Numbered from the stretch's first letter, positions 14,201 through 24,830 are shown. The stretch is 33,000 nt of DNA from Paragordius varius (GCA_964247055.1 OZ176055.1:5115001-5148000), one strand, 5' to 3'. Notes: generated by a model not told the origin, from the sequence alone. Made by a program: numbers and translations.

Positions 14201-17200
14201 TAATATCAATAATTTTGGATAATCAGCTTATCGTTTTAATATAAGTTGAACATTGATGACTAAAAATATAAATGAAAAGAAATTGATAATTTACGCTTAG
14301 TAAACTCTCAAATATAGATAAGCTCTAATCAAAACCATTTATAATTTAATGTTCAAGATGGAGAAGGGTCGTACCCACTTTATCTTGATAGTATAGATCC
14401 TTCATTTAACCTATTTATTCAATCTTTGCTAAGTGCCGACGGCATTTTATCTCTCTTTATCCTTTATTATCTTCCTAATTATCCATTAATTTTGTTATTA
14501 GTTTATCCTTGTTTTTTTTTTTTTTCGTATTATTTTATCTATTAAACTATTTACTTTTTTTTTTTTTATATTAAATCCTCTCATAATTGTGTTGCTATTT
14601 TGGACTCCTATGAATTCTCCGAAAATATCAAATATTCTAAAAATTGGGAATCTAAATCTACAGGGATACTCCCTATCAAAATTCAGACTTCTCCAGTTAG
14701 CCATGAAAAACCACACTATTCCAATTATCGGATTATCGGAAACCCATATAATGAACAATGGATATATAATCGATAACAACTATATATTATATTATTCCGG
14801 CCATTCCAATCTCAGAAGATACGGTACAGGCATCATTATTCATAAATCTTTTGCTTTATTCGCTGACGAGCCCAATTTTATTAACGATAGAATCATTAAA
14901 ATTACATTCAATACACATCCATTGAAACTTAATTTGATCCAAGCTTATGCTCCTACTAGCAATTCCTCCGAGGAAGATATAGAACATTTTTACACTCAGC
15001 TTCATAACACAATCATAAGCTGCAATAAAAACGAAATAATAATAATATCTGGAGATCTTAACGCTACCCTAGGTTCTGAGGTTGAACGCAATGTCACTGG
15101 TGGCTTTGGTCTTGGGAAAAGAAATCTTCGTGGTGATAAACTAATTGAATTTTGTGTAGACCACAAACTTGCCATTACCAATACCTTTTTTGATATCCCC
15201 CTCAGAAGAAGATATACGTGGGTTTCCCCAAAAAATACCCGTTCACAAATTGACTTTATCCTCATCCAACAAAAATGGCTCAAATTCATTATAGGAGCGA
15301 AAACTTTCCCAGGAGTCGTAATAGGCTCCGATCATCAACTTCTTGCTATTAAACTTAAATTTAAGTTAGGAACTAAATTACCGCACAATAAAACTAAAAA
15401 CCGCTTCGACTTTTCCAATGTTACAAGTGAATTTATACTCAAACTGAATACTTCCCTAAGTAATATCAACACTAATAATCTGAACGTAAACAACCATTGG
15501 CATCAGACCTTGACTGCCATCAACGAACTAATACCCAAGCACTTTCCACTTCAACAAAAACATCCTAATAATCCATGTCTCTCAAATGAATCCATTGTCT
15601 TGGCCAATAAACGCAGATTGGCTAAAATAAACAACAACATTACTGATTACCGCACATTAAATACTCAATTCAAGATACAATCCAAGATTGATATCAATCT
15701 TCACTACCTAGCTATTTGCAAAGAATTAGAACTGGCTCACGCCAAAGGCCAGAACATATACCAAAAACTACATTTACTTGTTCCTCACAACTCCAAAAAT
15801 CTGGGGAACATAAGCAACACGGATAATGTAATATTAACAAATAAAAAGGAAATTATCAAACGTTGGGAAGAATTCGGTACTTCTCTTTATCATGTCGACT
15901 CTAGTCCTCATTCATCCAGTAGCACATTCCTTAAAGTTTCAGAACTAGATCCCCCAATTTTACCTGATGAAGTTCAATACGCCTTAAAACAATTTTCATC
16001 CTCCAACTCCTTAGGTTACAATGATATTCCAATAAAAATTCTTCACACAATCCCCCTCTATTTCTTAACTGATCTTTTACAAAAAGTGTTTCAAACCTGT
16101 ATTTGGCCGGATGATTGGACCAAATCTTTTCTCCTACCCTTTTTTAAAAAGGGAAATCCCCATCTTTGTCAGAACTATAGAATGATCGCTATCACTAATA
16201 AACTATCCAAACTTCTTCTCAAGATTATACTGAAAAGAATCTCATCCTCGTTGGACTATGAAATATCCGAGGTGCAGGCTGGCTTTAGAGCAAAGAGAAA
16301 CACTACCAATCATATAGTTAATCTTAATACAATAATTCGAAGATACAATGAATTTGGGAAAAGTCTATATTGCTGCTTTTTAGACTTCAGTATGGCATTT
16401 GATACAGTCAACCACGACTGCCTATGGAGAATATTACGATCCTCAGGAGTGTCCTCGCACATAATACTCCTACTTCAATCGCTGTATTCAGGACAAACAG
16501 CTGCCATTAAAACTCAATTCGGTCCCACCGACTGGTTTCCTATTCTCAGAGGTGTGAGACAAGGATGTGTCCTTTCTCCCCTCTTATTTAACTTATACAC
16601 AGAAACATTAATACGCAATTGTAACTTTCCACAACATATTGGGGCACGGATCGGTGGTCTTACTATTTGCAATCTCCGGTACGCCGATGACACCATTCTC
16701 TTGTCAGAATCCCACACGGACATGACCTATCTTTTAAATAATCTTACCATTGAAGCTAGTTTGATGGGTCTTAAGCTGAACCCAGCTAAATCTAAAATTA
16801 TGATCCTAAACGCACCAAAACTACCATTTACAATCAACAACTCCCCCATCGAACTAACCGATCACTGTAAATACCTAGGCTCCATAATTGCATCCGACGG
16901 TAGCTCGGACCCCGACATACGAGCACGACTAGCATTGGGACGTGCTACTATGGGTAAACTGTCCAAAGTTTGGAACTCATCGGTCATAAGTCTCCCAACT
17001 AAACTTGCCATCCTGAAGGCGATGATATACCCCGTGGCAATCTATGGGTCCGAATCATGGATATGCAATTCCATTGACAAAGCCCGCATAAACTCTTTTC
17101 AAATGTGGTGCTTTCGAAAAATATTGAGAATCTCCTGGAAAGCCCACATCTCCAATTCTTACATACTCAAATTCATTAAACCCGAATTTTTACTTTACGA

Positions 17201-18290
17201 TTTAATAACCTTTAAAATATCTGGGTCACATCCTGCGATCCGACTCGCTAGAAAAAATCATACTCTTTGGGTTGGTAGATGGCACCCGCAGAAGGGGCCG
17301 ACCCAAAAAGCGGTGGATCGATGTGCTCAAATCAATAACAAATCTAACCTTTCATCAACTGTTGAGAGTAACACAGGATCGCCTAAAATGGAGAACACTA
17401 ATCTATGAGAAAGCCAGAGTCAGTATATGACTAGCTTATAACAACAACAACATAATATTAAAAAATTGCCAAAAAAATACTTGAAGCATCTGTAAATCTT
17501 TGCTATAAAAATTGTTGGGTAAAAGTTGATTATATCTCACGATTAAGAGTAAAATAAGATTTTCAATATTAGATGTGATTTCGGGAAATAAAAATTTTTG
17601 ATATTGGGGTAGACTGTAAATAGTGTCATCAATAAGTGCAACATCCTAACATTATAATAAATTTACTGTTAACGTTTGAGAATATTTTCTTTTATCTAGA
17701 TTTTCTAATGAATACGGTTCTGGATTCGATCTAATAAACTGAACGATTGTTTGAGGCAAATAAAAATTTTGATGCTTTGTCCCTACACCAACAGCCCCTA
17801 AAAATCAGGTGCCATCTTTACCAGAAATTTTAGGATAAAAAAATGGTTGTGCGAGAAGCATAATCTCTTTGAACAAAATAGACGCAGTATCTAAATCCTT
17901 TTTCAAAAGAATAAAATTGAAAATCTTTATAATACGACATATATCACGTGAAAAATTTTCTTGATTAAAATTAAGAGATCTTTTTTCAAATAGAAAAAAT
18001 AATATATCTTGAGTTTCAGGATCCTAAATAAACAAAATAGGTACTTTAACCAATTGTGGAAACGTGTTTAATAATAATACATAATTTTTCCATATTTGAT
18101 TGATATTATAATCGGGATTTTTGAGATTAAACTCTTTTGGAACGGTGTTAAAAAAGACATGACTAGATATAATAATAGCCAAGTTTTCTTTTAATATATT
18201 TGCCTCTTCTAAAGTAATAGAGTCAGATCGCAAAAAATATTTATCATAGAGCGTTTTACACATGTGAAAGGATGTCATTACACTTATCAT
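1921..18290 (-). CDS. TTC27: Tetratricopeptide repeat protein 27 (TTC27/EMW1-like), multi-exon, about 693 aa; first and last exons tentative
   Basis: Hand-spliced phase-consistent exons, all GT-AG: 18290-18045, 18023-17822, 17797-17667, 17645-17481, 13683-13465, 12785-12663, 10914-10732, 9896-9782, 9758-9622, 9600-9465, 4473-4352, 4328-4260, 4233-4054, (1974-1921). Peptides match remembered TTC27 motifs in order: SGAVGVGTKHQNFYLPQ (cf. GALGKRTRFQ), DVALIDDTI (cf. LELNDDTIL), WSIKLAALQLRCTIEYKSRRRLSRSLQQL, IYEHLELWEK, YLGDI...YNKSWLLS, EPDNYQAWNN, ETLKYNYESWQAWENYL, AFNCFVK. Confidence 0.88.
2172..2217. repeat. (TA)n microsatellite
   Basis: Seen directly. Confidence 0.95.
2486..2692 (+). mobile_element. 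3' fragment of an RTE-type LINE
   Basis: LRLRAGHVERRQDTHILK...KSGRLHTTWHNTITKDL resembles the RTE C-terminal RLRWAGHV..R...GRP..RW.D...DL motif. Confidence 0.7.
4054..4473 (-). CDS. TTC27: TTC27 exons 11-13 (4473-4352, 4328-4260, 4233-4054)
   Basis: Phase 1 join to exon 10 (G|AG); ...SISLWHTLG...EYQQ AFNCFVKCL...SIKLLLDGYLTKLKLM; 23- and 26-nt introns. Confidence 0.82.
4530..4692. mobile_element. Tc1/mariner-type MITE
   Basis: TIR CAGTATGCATYTTAATG.TTGCTTA at both ends, inverted arms extending to TAGGG..AAAGCAAC, TA on both flanks. Confidence 0.85.
4850..6409. mobile_element. Old non-autonomous hAT element (probably with nested repeats)
   Basis: Degenerate TIRs TAGGGGCGTTCAAC / GTTGGACACCCATG; TSD GTTTTTAT vs GTCTATAT (6/8). 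Confidence 0.7.
6427..6587. mobile_element. MITE (family shared with 25781-25968)
   Basis: TIR CATTTTTCAGTCAAAAGC / GCTTTTGACTGAAAAAT with internal ~21-bp repeats. Confidence 0.8.
7100..9200 (+). mobile_element. Highly decayed Ty3/Gypsy-like gag-pol remnant inside TTC27 intron
   Basis: KFNFLVDNESQI (7401-7436) resembles the FLVDTGSQIS protease motif; long frames with scattered stops; INLRFKYHEFR (about 8250) resembles RT IDLxxxYHQI; ASALSEI resembles ADALSR. No LTRs recognised. Confidence 0.45.
9465..9896 (-). CDS. TTC27: TTC27 exons 8-10 (9896-9782, 9758-9622, 9600-9465), TPR core
   Basis: IRKSLYHFKQSLATFPVQPDILHTCGCLYL...YEPDNYQAWNNIA...ETLKYNYESWQAWENYL; the frame is only open after removing 23- and 21-nt GT-AG introns. 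Confidence 0.9.
9896..10613 (+). mobile_element. Non-autonomous Helitron in TTC27 intron 7
   Basis: A|TCTATATACATATATATAATGTTGACTTTGTTAGTTCGTTT, a Helitron-like 5' end; 3' hairpin GCGAGTTTC-GGA-GAAAGTCGC (10580-10600) then CTAA (CTRR) at 10610-10613; the following base is C, not the expected T. Confidence 0.65.
10732..10914 (-). CDS. TTC27: TTC27 exon 7
   Basis: AKHIIIQQTQK...LKYLGDIDVDSISYNKSWLLSNRSYYLAQNSMAFLSWKQYQM|GTAACT. Confidence 0.88.
10982..11625. mobile_element. Non-autonomous hAT (Ac-like TAGGG end)
   Basis: Perfect TIR TAGGGTTGTGC / GCACAACCCTA; TSD ATCTTGAC vs ATCTTGTC; many subterminal TGACC/GGTCA motifs. Confidence 0.92.
11707..11880. mobile_element. hAT MITE
   Basis: Perfect TIR CAGTGGTACTCA / TGAGTACCACTG; TSD ATCTAAAC vs ATCTATAT. 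Confidence 0.88.
12663..12785 (-). CDS. TTC27: TTC27 exon 6
   Basis: LLLASIYEMIGSLDLAANIYEHLELWEKNIELNLVLNNFEK|GTATCT. Confidence 0.9.
13465..13683 (-). CDS. TTC27: TTC27 exon 5
   Basis: TTTAG|IIINSPNTCWSIKLAALQLRCTIEYKSRRRLSRSLQQLE...YQDMK|GT; 73 codons. Confidence 0.9.
14350..17451 (+). mobile_element. RTE-clade non-LTR retrotransposon, near full length, antisense in TTC27 intron 4
   Basis: Single ORF with APE and RT domains, very short 3' UTR, (AAC)n tail at about 17440-17451; 5' boundary approximate and no clean TSD found. Confidence 0.92.
14610..17430 (+). CDS. RTE ORF: AP endonuclease plus reverse transcriptase, frameshift at about 17211
   Basis: GLSETH, QAYAPTS, GDLNA, SQIDFIL, GSDHQLL; QAGFR, FLDFSMAFD, RGVRQGCVLSPLLFN, LRYADD, YLGS. 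The RTE-type C-terminus LKYLGHILRSDSLEKIILFGLVDGTRRRGRPKKRWID...DRLKWR is in the +1 frame and ends at TGA 17428-17430. Confidence 0.93.
17481..17645 (-). CDS. TTC27: TTC27 exon 4
   Basis: DVALIDDTIYSLPQYQ...KDLQMLQ|GTATTT. Confidence 0.85.
17667..17797 (-). CDS. TTC27: TTC27 exon 3
   Basis: (G)AVGVGTKHQNFYLPQTIVQFIRS..., TTC27 GALGKRTRFQ-like motif; flanked by 24- and 21-nt introns. Confidence 0.88.
17822..18023 (-). CDS. TTC27: TTC27 exon 2
   Basis: TTTAG|GATCCT...TCTG|GTAAAG; DPETQDILFF...YPKIS. Confidence 0.8.
18045..18290 (-). CDS. TTC27: TTC27 exon 1 (5' boundary uncertain)
   Basis: Open frame MISVMTSF...QIWKNYVLLLNTFPQLVK ending at donor AAA|GTACCT; in-frame TAA about 40 nt upstream of the ATG. 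Confidence 0.6.
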
Positions 18291-18388
18291 ATGGGTCAAG
18301 TTAAAAAGGTGAATGGTACAATTAAATATTTACTAAAAACTTCAAAATTGCCGTATATTAACATTTGGATACAACACACTCATTTTAG

Positions 18389-18930
18389 TCCTTCAATTTA
18401 AATTGGGGTAGTTGGATACCCCAGGCCTGTTTAAAATTAAATTCTTTAAAAAATATATAAGGAATCAAAACCATGGCAAAATATTGTACTTATCTAACAT
18501 TAATAAACCGAAATATATAAAAAAATTTATAAAATACTTGATATTACTTATTTTAAGCTAAAACCGAAAGGTAAAAATTTCGTCAACGTGACATGAGTCA
18601 AATTAAAAGATTAACAAACTAAACCGCTTTTTCTATTTCTATCAATGTTAGATGCAGTTTATATAAGAAATTAGCTTTAGTTTTACTATTAAAATTAAAT
18701 AAAGACGATATTTTGCAAAAATTTTGTAAAATAAAAATGGCGTCGAAGTAGTTTGGGTTGAGCTTTTTTTTCAAAACAAAATTTTATCAAGATTTTTTGG
18801 CATATTTATATAATATTTATCAGGATAGAAGCATAAATTTAAATTGGGACCGTTTCCTTCAGTAGTTTTTTAAAAATATTAAATTAAATTTAGTCTGGGG
18901 TATTTAGATACCCCAATTTGAATCGAAGTG
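18389..18930. mobile_element. piggyBac-like MITE
   Basis: About 35-bp imperfect TIR (CTTCAATTTAAATTGGGGTAGTTGGATACCCCAG vs rc of CTGGGGTATTTAGATACCCCAATTTGAATCGAAG); TTAA on the right, TTAG on the left. Confidence 0.72.
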
Positions 18931-20811
18931 TTAATTCACTATCTTTAACATTGTTGGAATGAGACATGAGTCGTTTAGTCATATAGTTATTTAAATGATG
19001 TCGCAAACCATAGATATACTAAATTTTGTCAAAATCACTATAATATTTAATTAATTATTTGCGTATTCTAATTTTATTTATAGAATTTTGTGTTTAAAGG
19101 CAAAAAATATAAACATAACACCTTTTGGAATATCCGCTATACAGTCATTTCAATGTAATTATCTTTACATTTGATTATTTATTCATTTTTTAGACCAAAT
19201 TTTGTGTAGTTTTTTATTTGAGATGTCTGTAATAAAATTTTTGAGGTTTTAAATTTTATCAAACATTGTTTTCCTGTTTTAAAGCTTTAACAGTTGTCAG
19301 ACTTCTAGAGTCCTATATTAATGCGTCCCACAGGATCATCATGGTGCTTTTATTTGTGGCCCTTAAGTGTGTTATCATTCAGGAAAATTCCGCACATTTT
19401 TTGGTGATGCCTAGAGTCTTCATTCTAAAAAATATTACTAAAATATATCGTAAAGTTTATATAAAAAGCATATGAATGTTTTCAAATTAATTTATTTGAA
19501 TGTATGTCAAAATCTCATTAAAATAAACGAAAACATACTAGGTTCGTTATATGCTAATTATTCAACCAAAAATATTTTTAAAAAATGCATATTTTATTAA
19601 AAATTTAAATTTTAGCATAATTTTATTGAAGTGTGCTTTTTACTAGTTTCAGGCATGATGGAAACGGTATAAAAACGCTTTAAGAATTATAATAACACTT
19701 TTTCTACATAGTAATGTCAAATCACCTCATAATTTTAATTAAAATATATGTTCGTCGGTAAATTGCTAAATATAAATTGATTCTTTACGAAAATTCGCAA
19801 AATTTTAAATTAAACGAACCTAGCGATAGACATGTTCATTAAAATACATAGAAAAGGTGTTTTAATTATATTTAATTTTAAACCCCTTTTTATCAAGTCT
19901 CAAAATAGTATGAAATACGCTTTGAAATTTTGCAAATTAGATTTTTGTAACAATTTTTAAAAATATTTTTTTAATGTCAAAGTTTATATTATTTATGATT
20001 TTTATCGCACTATCCCGGCATTTGACATTTTGTGATATGGAGCACTTACCATTTATATCACCCGTAACAAAACCAAAACACCTAATCCTGATACAATTTC
20101 CTATCATAATTCATTAGGTATTTACCAGTGTTTTTTGACCCAGAGTTAAAACACTTTATTACTTTTCACTTTTCATCCTAGTTTACATATTGTGGTAGTT
20201 TTATATCTTAAGGCTCAATTTTGTAAATAAACAAAGGTTAATTATCAAACAATGCTCTTATGTATTAAATAAAAAAGCTTTTATTTTGACTACTAGAATC
20301 TAAAATGGCTCGAAAAATGATTGAAACGAACAGCTGATGAAATCAAAATAAGTTTTTGCTGGAAAAATGTAGCTTAAAGCTTTTTGAAGTTAATTATTTA
20401 TATTTTCTTACCATAATAAACATTTAGTTGCAATAACGATTTAAAAATTATGGTAAAAATATGGCTGCAAAAGAGTTTGAGGTGGATTTTTTTCTTCTTA
20501 CATTATTACAATTTTAAAATATTTTTTTGTATAATGCGCCTAAAAGGCTTTAGAAAGCATATTTTTAAATTCAAATTAATACCTTAAATTTAAGAGATTC
20601 AAATTTTAAATCGCTCGGGGATATAAAACAACCACAAAAGGTATTGGAGTGCTAAACGCAAAATATTATCGATAAAGATTATATACTATTCAGAAACTCT
20701 TCAAAAGAATTAGAAGAATCAAAACTATCGCACTTTGGCATCAAATTATCATATAAACTTATTATGCGGTTATTGCTTAAATCTTTAATTTAGCTAAATA
20801 TTTATATGGTA

Positions 20812-20990
20812 AATGCTAGGCCCAGTAGAAGGGGCTAGAAAACGTGAAAGGCCTAAATTCACTATTTAGATCAGAGTTATAAAATTACAGCACATTCGAT
20901 CCATAAACTAGGACAATCCAAACGCTATGGTACAAGCTGTCTCTGCCCCAGAAGTTGTATTTAAACTGAGAGCTATCCATCATCATATCA
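20812..20990 (+). mobile_element. RTE LINE 3' fragment
   Basis: MLGPVEGARKRERPK..YLDQ resembles G.EG.R.RGRP...WLD; short (CAT)n tail. Confidence 0.55.
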
Positions 20991-21405
20991 AATATATAAA
21001 GTTCCAAATTCGCGTTTAAATAATGATATAAACCTTATAAAAGAAATTTTTCAATAATTTACTCCGTAAAGGAAGTAGTTATGATTTTTACAAAACAACC
21101 ATTATACACATGTTTTTTCTATACAATTCGATGCAGAAAACAAGATCTATCGACTCATTTCAGAGATTTTTTATGCAAGCCGGGATCAATAGCCAAAATG
21201 GCATTGAAATATTCCTTCACAACGGATTTAGAAATACCAAAATCGAATGATGGTAGTTGTTTTTTCTGCATCGAATTGCATACAAAAAGTATCATGATAT
21301 ATTTTATTATTGGAGGTTTTATAAAAATTTTGAGCTACTTCCTCAAAAATATTTATTAAGACTGTCAATTTTAAAGAGGAGATATTGGGTAAACTTTATA
21401 AATTT
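20990..21405. repeat. Foldback/MITE-like palindromic element
   Basis: Nested inverted pairs: TATACAATTCGATGCAGAAAA / TTTTCTGCATCGAATTGCATA and GGAAGTAG / CTACTTCC. Confidence 0.65.
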
Positions 21406-21509
21406 AAAATATATGATTAATAAAATATAAACTAAAATCTTTTCTGCATATTAAGTTTCAATAATGTGTAATAAAAATATTGATCCAAAATCAAGGGTAA
21501 GATTTAAAG

Positions 21510-21830
21510 TTTTTTACAGCCAACAATTACGTACAACTCACAGACATGGGCACTAAAGATATCTGAAGAAAGGCATTTTGAAGTTACCGAAATGAGAATC
21601 AAAGTGAGGAATTTACACATTAAAGGAAGTAGAGAAATCAAACCGATAGAGCAAAAATGATGTTAAATCGTCTAAGGTGGTTAAACATGCAGAAAGAAGG
21701 TAATTAAACTGGTAAAAATATCGAGGAATATATTGTGGAAAGGTAAGAGGGGAATAGGGCGCTTACCTAAAACGCGAGGACGTCATAGCAGGATTCTTGG
21801 CGAAATGTTTTTACCGAATATGACCGCTCG
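21510..21830 (+). mobile_element. RTE LINE 3' fragment
   Basis: PTITYNSQTWAL..EERHFEVTEMR..KVRN..NRLRW..GKRGIGRLPK. Confidence 0.7.
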
Positions 21831-21849
21831 AAAGAGTCATATTATATAA

Positions 21850-22190
21850 TCTAATTATTATTATTATAATTCATTCACCAGCGATTTTATAGCTTTAATT
21901 CCTGTAGTCTTTTCAATACTTTCGCAAAACTGTATATTTATCGATAATATTTTGTGTTTAATATCTTTGACATAAAAAAACTGAGGCGTTTTTCTCTGTT
22001 GTAATCAATTTTACCTAATCTCCGATACGATTTAATTTTTGCTAACAGCAGAATAATATATTTTTAGTATAACCGCTTTTATTTCGATATTCGTATTTCC
22101 AATCTTAGCTATCGAATAATATGATTATAAACATTTATTTTACCCCTATTTTTGCCGCGCGCACAGTTTAATACCTACACTGTGGTATTT
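21850..22190 (-). mobile_element. Decayed RTE-like 3' fragment with (TAA)n tail
   Basis: GKINVY..LRL..; RLGKIDYNREKR; TAA repeats at about 21855-21868. Confidence 0.4.
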
Positions 22191-23048
22191 TGCATATTTA
22201 TTAATTGAATGGATATCCATTATCCTACCATTATTTTTACGAATATTATCAATATAACAACTTCCTAACAATATTGATTGTTAGGATGTGTTTTACCGAT
22301 GAAAAAATAACCGACCTGACTGGTTATGAAAGCAGTCATTTATCATAAATAGTCAATGAATGGATGCAACACACACATTTCACATGTTTAACACATGAAA
22401 AGGAGGAAAAAAGTAACCGTATTTTTAAAATATTTACTAATAGATTTTATGATTATATAGATTTAAAGTAAGTATTTTGTGTGCCAAATATAGGGTCCAA
22501 AAATTAGATGGAGAAACCCACCAGCTTTCAGCGAAAAATAATTTGGAGGACAAGTAGCATAATAAAAAACCGAAAGAATTCAGATTTTTCATTAATTTTA
22601 TTTATGAATCAAAATATCTAAACTTTGCAGATCAATTTCAAAGGATGTCTTTTAATAAGTTATGACATCTATAAAATAAAGCGTCTAACTCTAAAAATAA
22701 AAACAGTGTTATATTTAAAGGTTTTCACAAAATTGAAAATTTTTATATGGACGATGGTAAAATGTGAAAAATTTATCAGCAGTTTTGTCGTAAAACGCTC
22801 AGTTTTTTCACAACTTCTTAACTTTTTGTATTAATACATGGGCTCGCTCGGTATTAAGATGGGAAAACACAAAATATTTTAATAGAATACAAAACTTAGT
22901 TTATATATATATATATATATATTTCATAATATTTAATTAATTCGTTTATATTTTAGATCTCCATAAGGAACGGGTTTATTACATGTTAGTGCAAAAAACT
23001 TAAGAGGCGCAACAACTAAGCCTTTCAGACAAACCTGTTGATCAAGAT

Positions 23049-23294
23049 CAGGGGTGATCCGAACACGCCCTACAGGAATTACGTGCCGCCTGCAACATTT
23101 TTTATAAAATTGATACTTTTTAAGCAAATTTTTTTTAATAACAAAAAACTAAAAATTATATTGTGTGTGCATTTTACAGTCTTATGTTTGAAATCTATTT
23201 AAATATTCATAAATGCCCATATATATTTCAAATGCGGCCCGCTGGGTTTTTTGAGTCCAAACTGCGGCATAAGCCATTTGTTTTGGACCTTTCT
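23049..23294. mobile_element. Degenerate hAT MITE
   Basis: CAGGGGTGATCCGAAC start, TGCGGCCCGC subterminal motif, TTTGGACCTTTCTA end. Confidence 0.45.
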
Positions 23295-24099
23295 ATAGAA
23301 ACTTTCAGATTCGACCCCCTTATCTACACATTTTTACGAAATTTTATGAATTTGATTTTAGTACAAAAATCTGATTTTTGCCTAAACGCTTCATACAAGT
23401 TATAGTATATATATATATTGAAGTTTTAGATAATTTCAAAGTATTTTTCAGCTTAACTCATATATTATTTTGGCTAAAAGCTGATGAGTTTCTTTATCCA
23501 AAAATACTACAATTCGAAGAACCACACTCTTACCCTTAAATTTGGCACGTTACGTTTTATAATGGATTATAAAAAATTGCACTTTTTTAATGATATAATT
23601 TAAATTTGTAATATCTTTTTCCTTTTTTTTATTTTATATTCATTTTCCAATTTTTACTTTTATTATAAGCTATATAATTTTGTCTATGGATTTAAACCAA
23701 GTGGTAAAGTGAGCGTTATTGATTACATGGCCTTTCCTTAAATTATGATGGTACTTTAACATTTAATACAAAATAAAATATGTATTTTCTTATTTTATAG
23801 GAATATATATATAGTTTAACCTAAATCAAAGTATCAACCAAATTTCCAACCAATATTGATAAAAACGCTCCTAATAGATATTCTTTTCGTTTTTATATCT
23901 ATTAATTTAAATAAATTTAATTTATTATAAAAAAACCATTAGAAATTATTAACAATAATTTCTGAGGAAAGTTTTCGGATCCATTAGTTATATCAATATT
24001 TTAAAATTTTTGATAATATTTGCCTTAATGTTCAAGTTACTAAGTAGGTGAACAACTAAAATGATATTAATACAATTTTTTTCCAAATAATATATATGC

Positions 24100-24830
24100 G
24101 TCTTTTGACTTTAAACCACTAAACTCTATATCTGGACAAAAACTATTAGGAATTATTGATTAGGTCCAAATGAATAACCAGCTAATTCCATATAAATAAC
24201 ACGTTTCCACTTAACCTGCTTTTACTTTTGAAAAACATTTTAAATCATTCAAACATCTAGCTCTGAAGTTTAAAAAAGGATATGTTTGCAACATTTTTGT
24301 CAATTTAGAGAAGTTAACAGCCCACTGCCCATAAAAAAATAATTTTCAAGAGTATTATGAGTAATTTTTAAATTATGTACTAAAAACCTTTCCAAAATAA
24401 CTTTTTTAATATAAATAATTTGGCATTTTCACAGTGGATTCAATTACAACTGTCCCAATTAATATCAAATAAGGCATCGATTGGGAAATGATAACTATAA
24501 ATTTGTTAATAAGAGATTATATGTTTATTTATTGGCTTTTAGGATGAAATAATTAATAATGTTTTATTCATTAAAATTTTTCGTAAAATAGTTTGATATA
24601 GTTTAATGATATTTGGTATGAATCATTTAGCCCTCACCAAAAAAATTATAATGTGCCCGTAAGACTTTTCGATTTGGAACATTACCAAAGTGGAATAACT
24701 TTCGAGAATCCCTCGTAAAGCCTAAAACCAAACAGGACCATATACATTTATTAAAAAATATATTCATAAGGATATATTTTTTGTGTGCACTTATGACATG
24801 AATCGCCATTGTTTATCGGCGTTTTTGCCA
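24100..24830 (+). mobile_element. Decayed CR1/L2-like LINE 3' portion
   Basis: QKLLGII, FHINN, FKSFKH..KKGYVCNIF..LEK, ARKTFRFGTLPKWNNFRESLV; resembles the CR1/L2 ORF2 C-terminus with many stops. Confidence 0.45.

Noticed and set aside
14355-14450. HDV-like or hammerhead ribozyme at the RTE 5' end
   Set aside because: Only short hairpins are visible; no nested pseudoknot or CUGANGA/GAAA core could be assembled by eye
14498-16723. Minus-strand ORFs 14498-14779, 15002-15289 and 16514-16723
   Set aside because: Antisense shadows of the RTE ORF
21081-21359. 92-aa ORF
   Set aside because: Lies inside a palindromic foldback element; no recognisable protein motif
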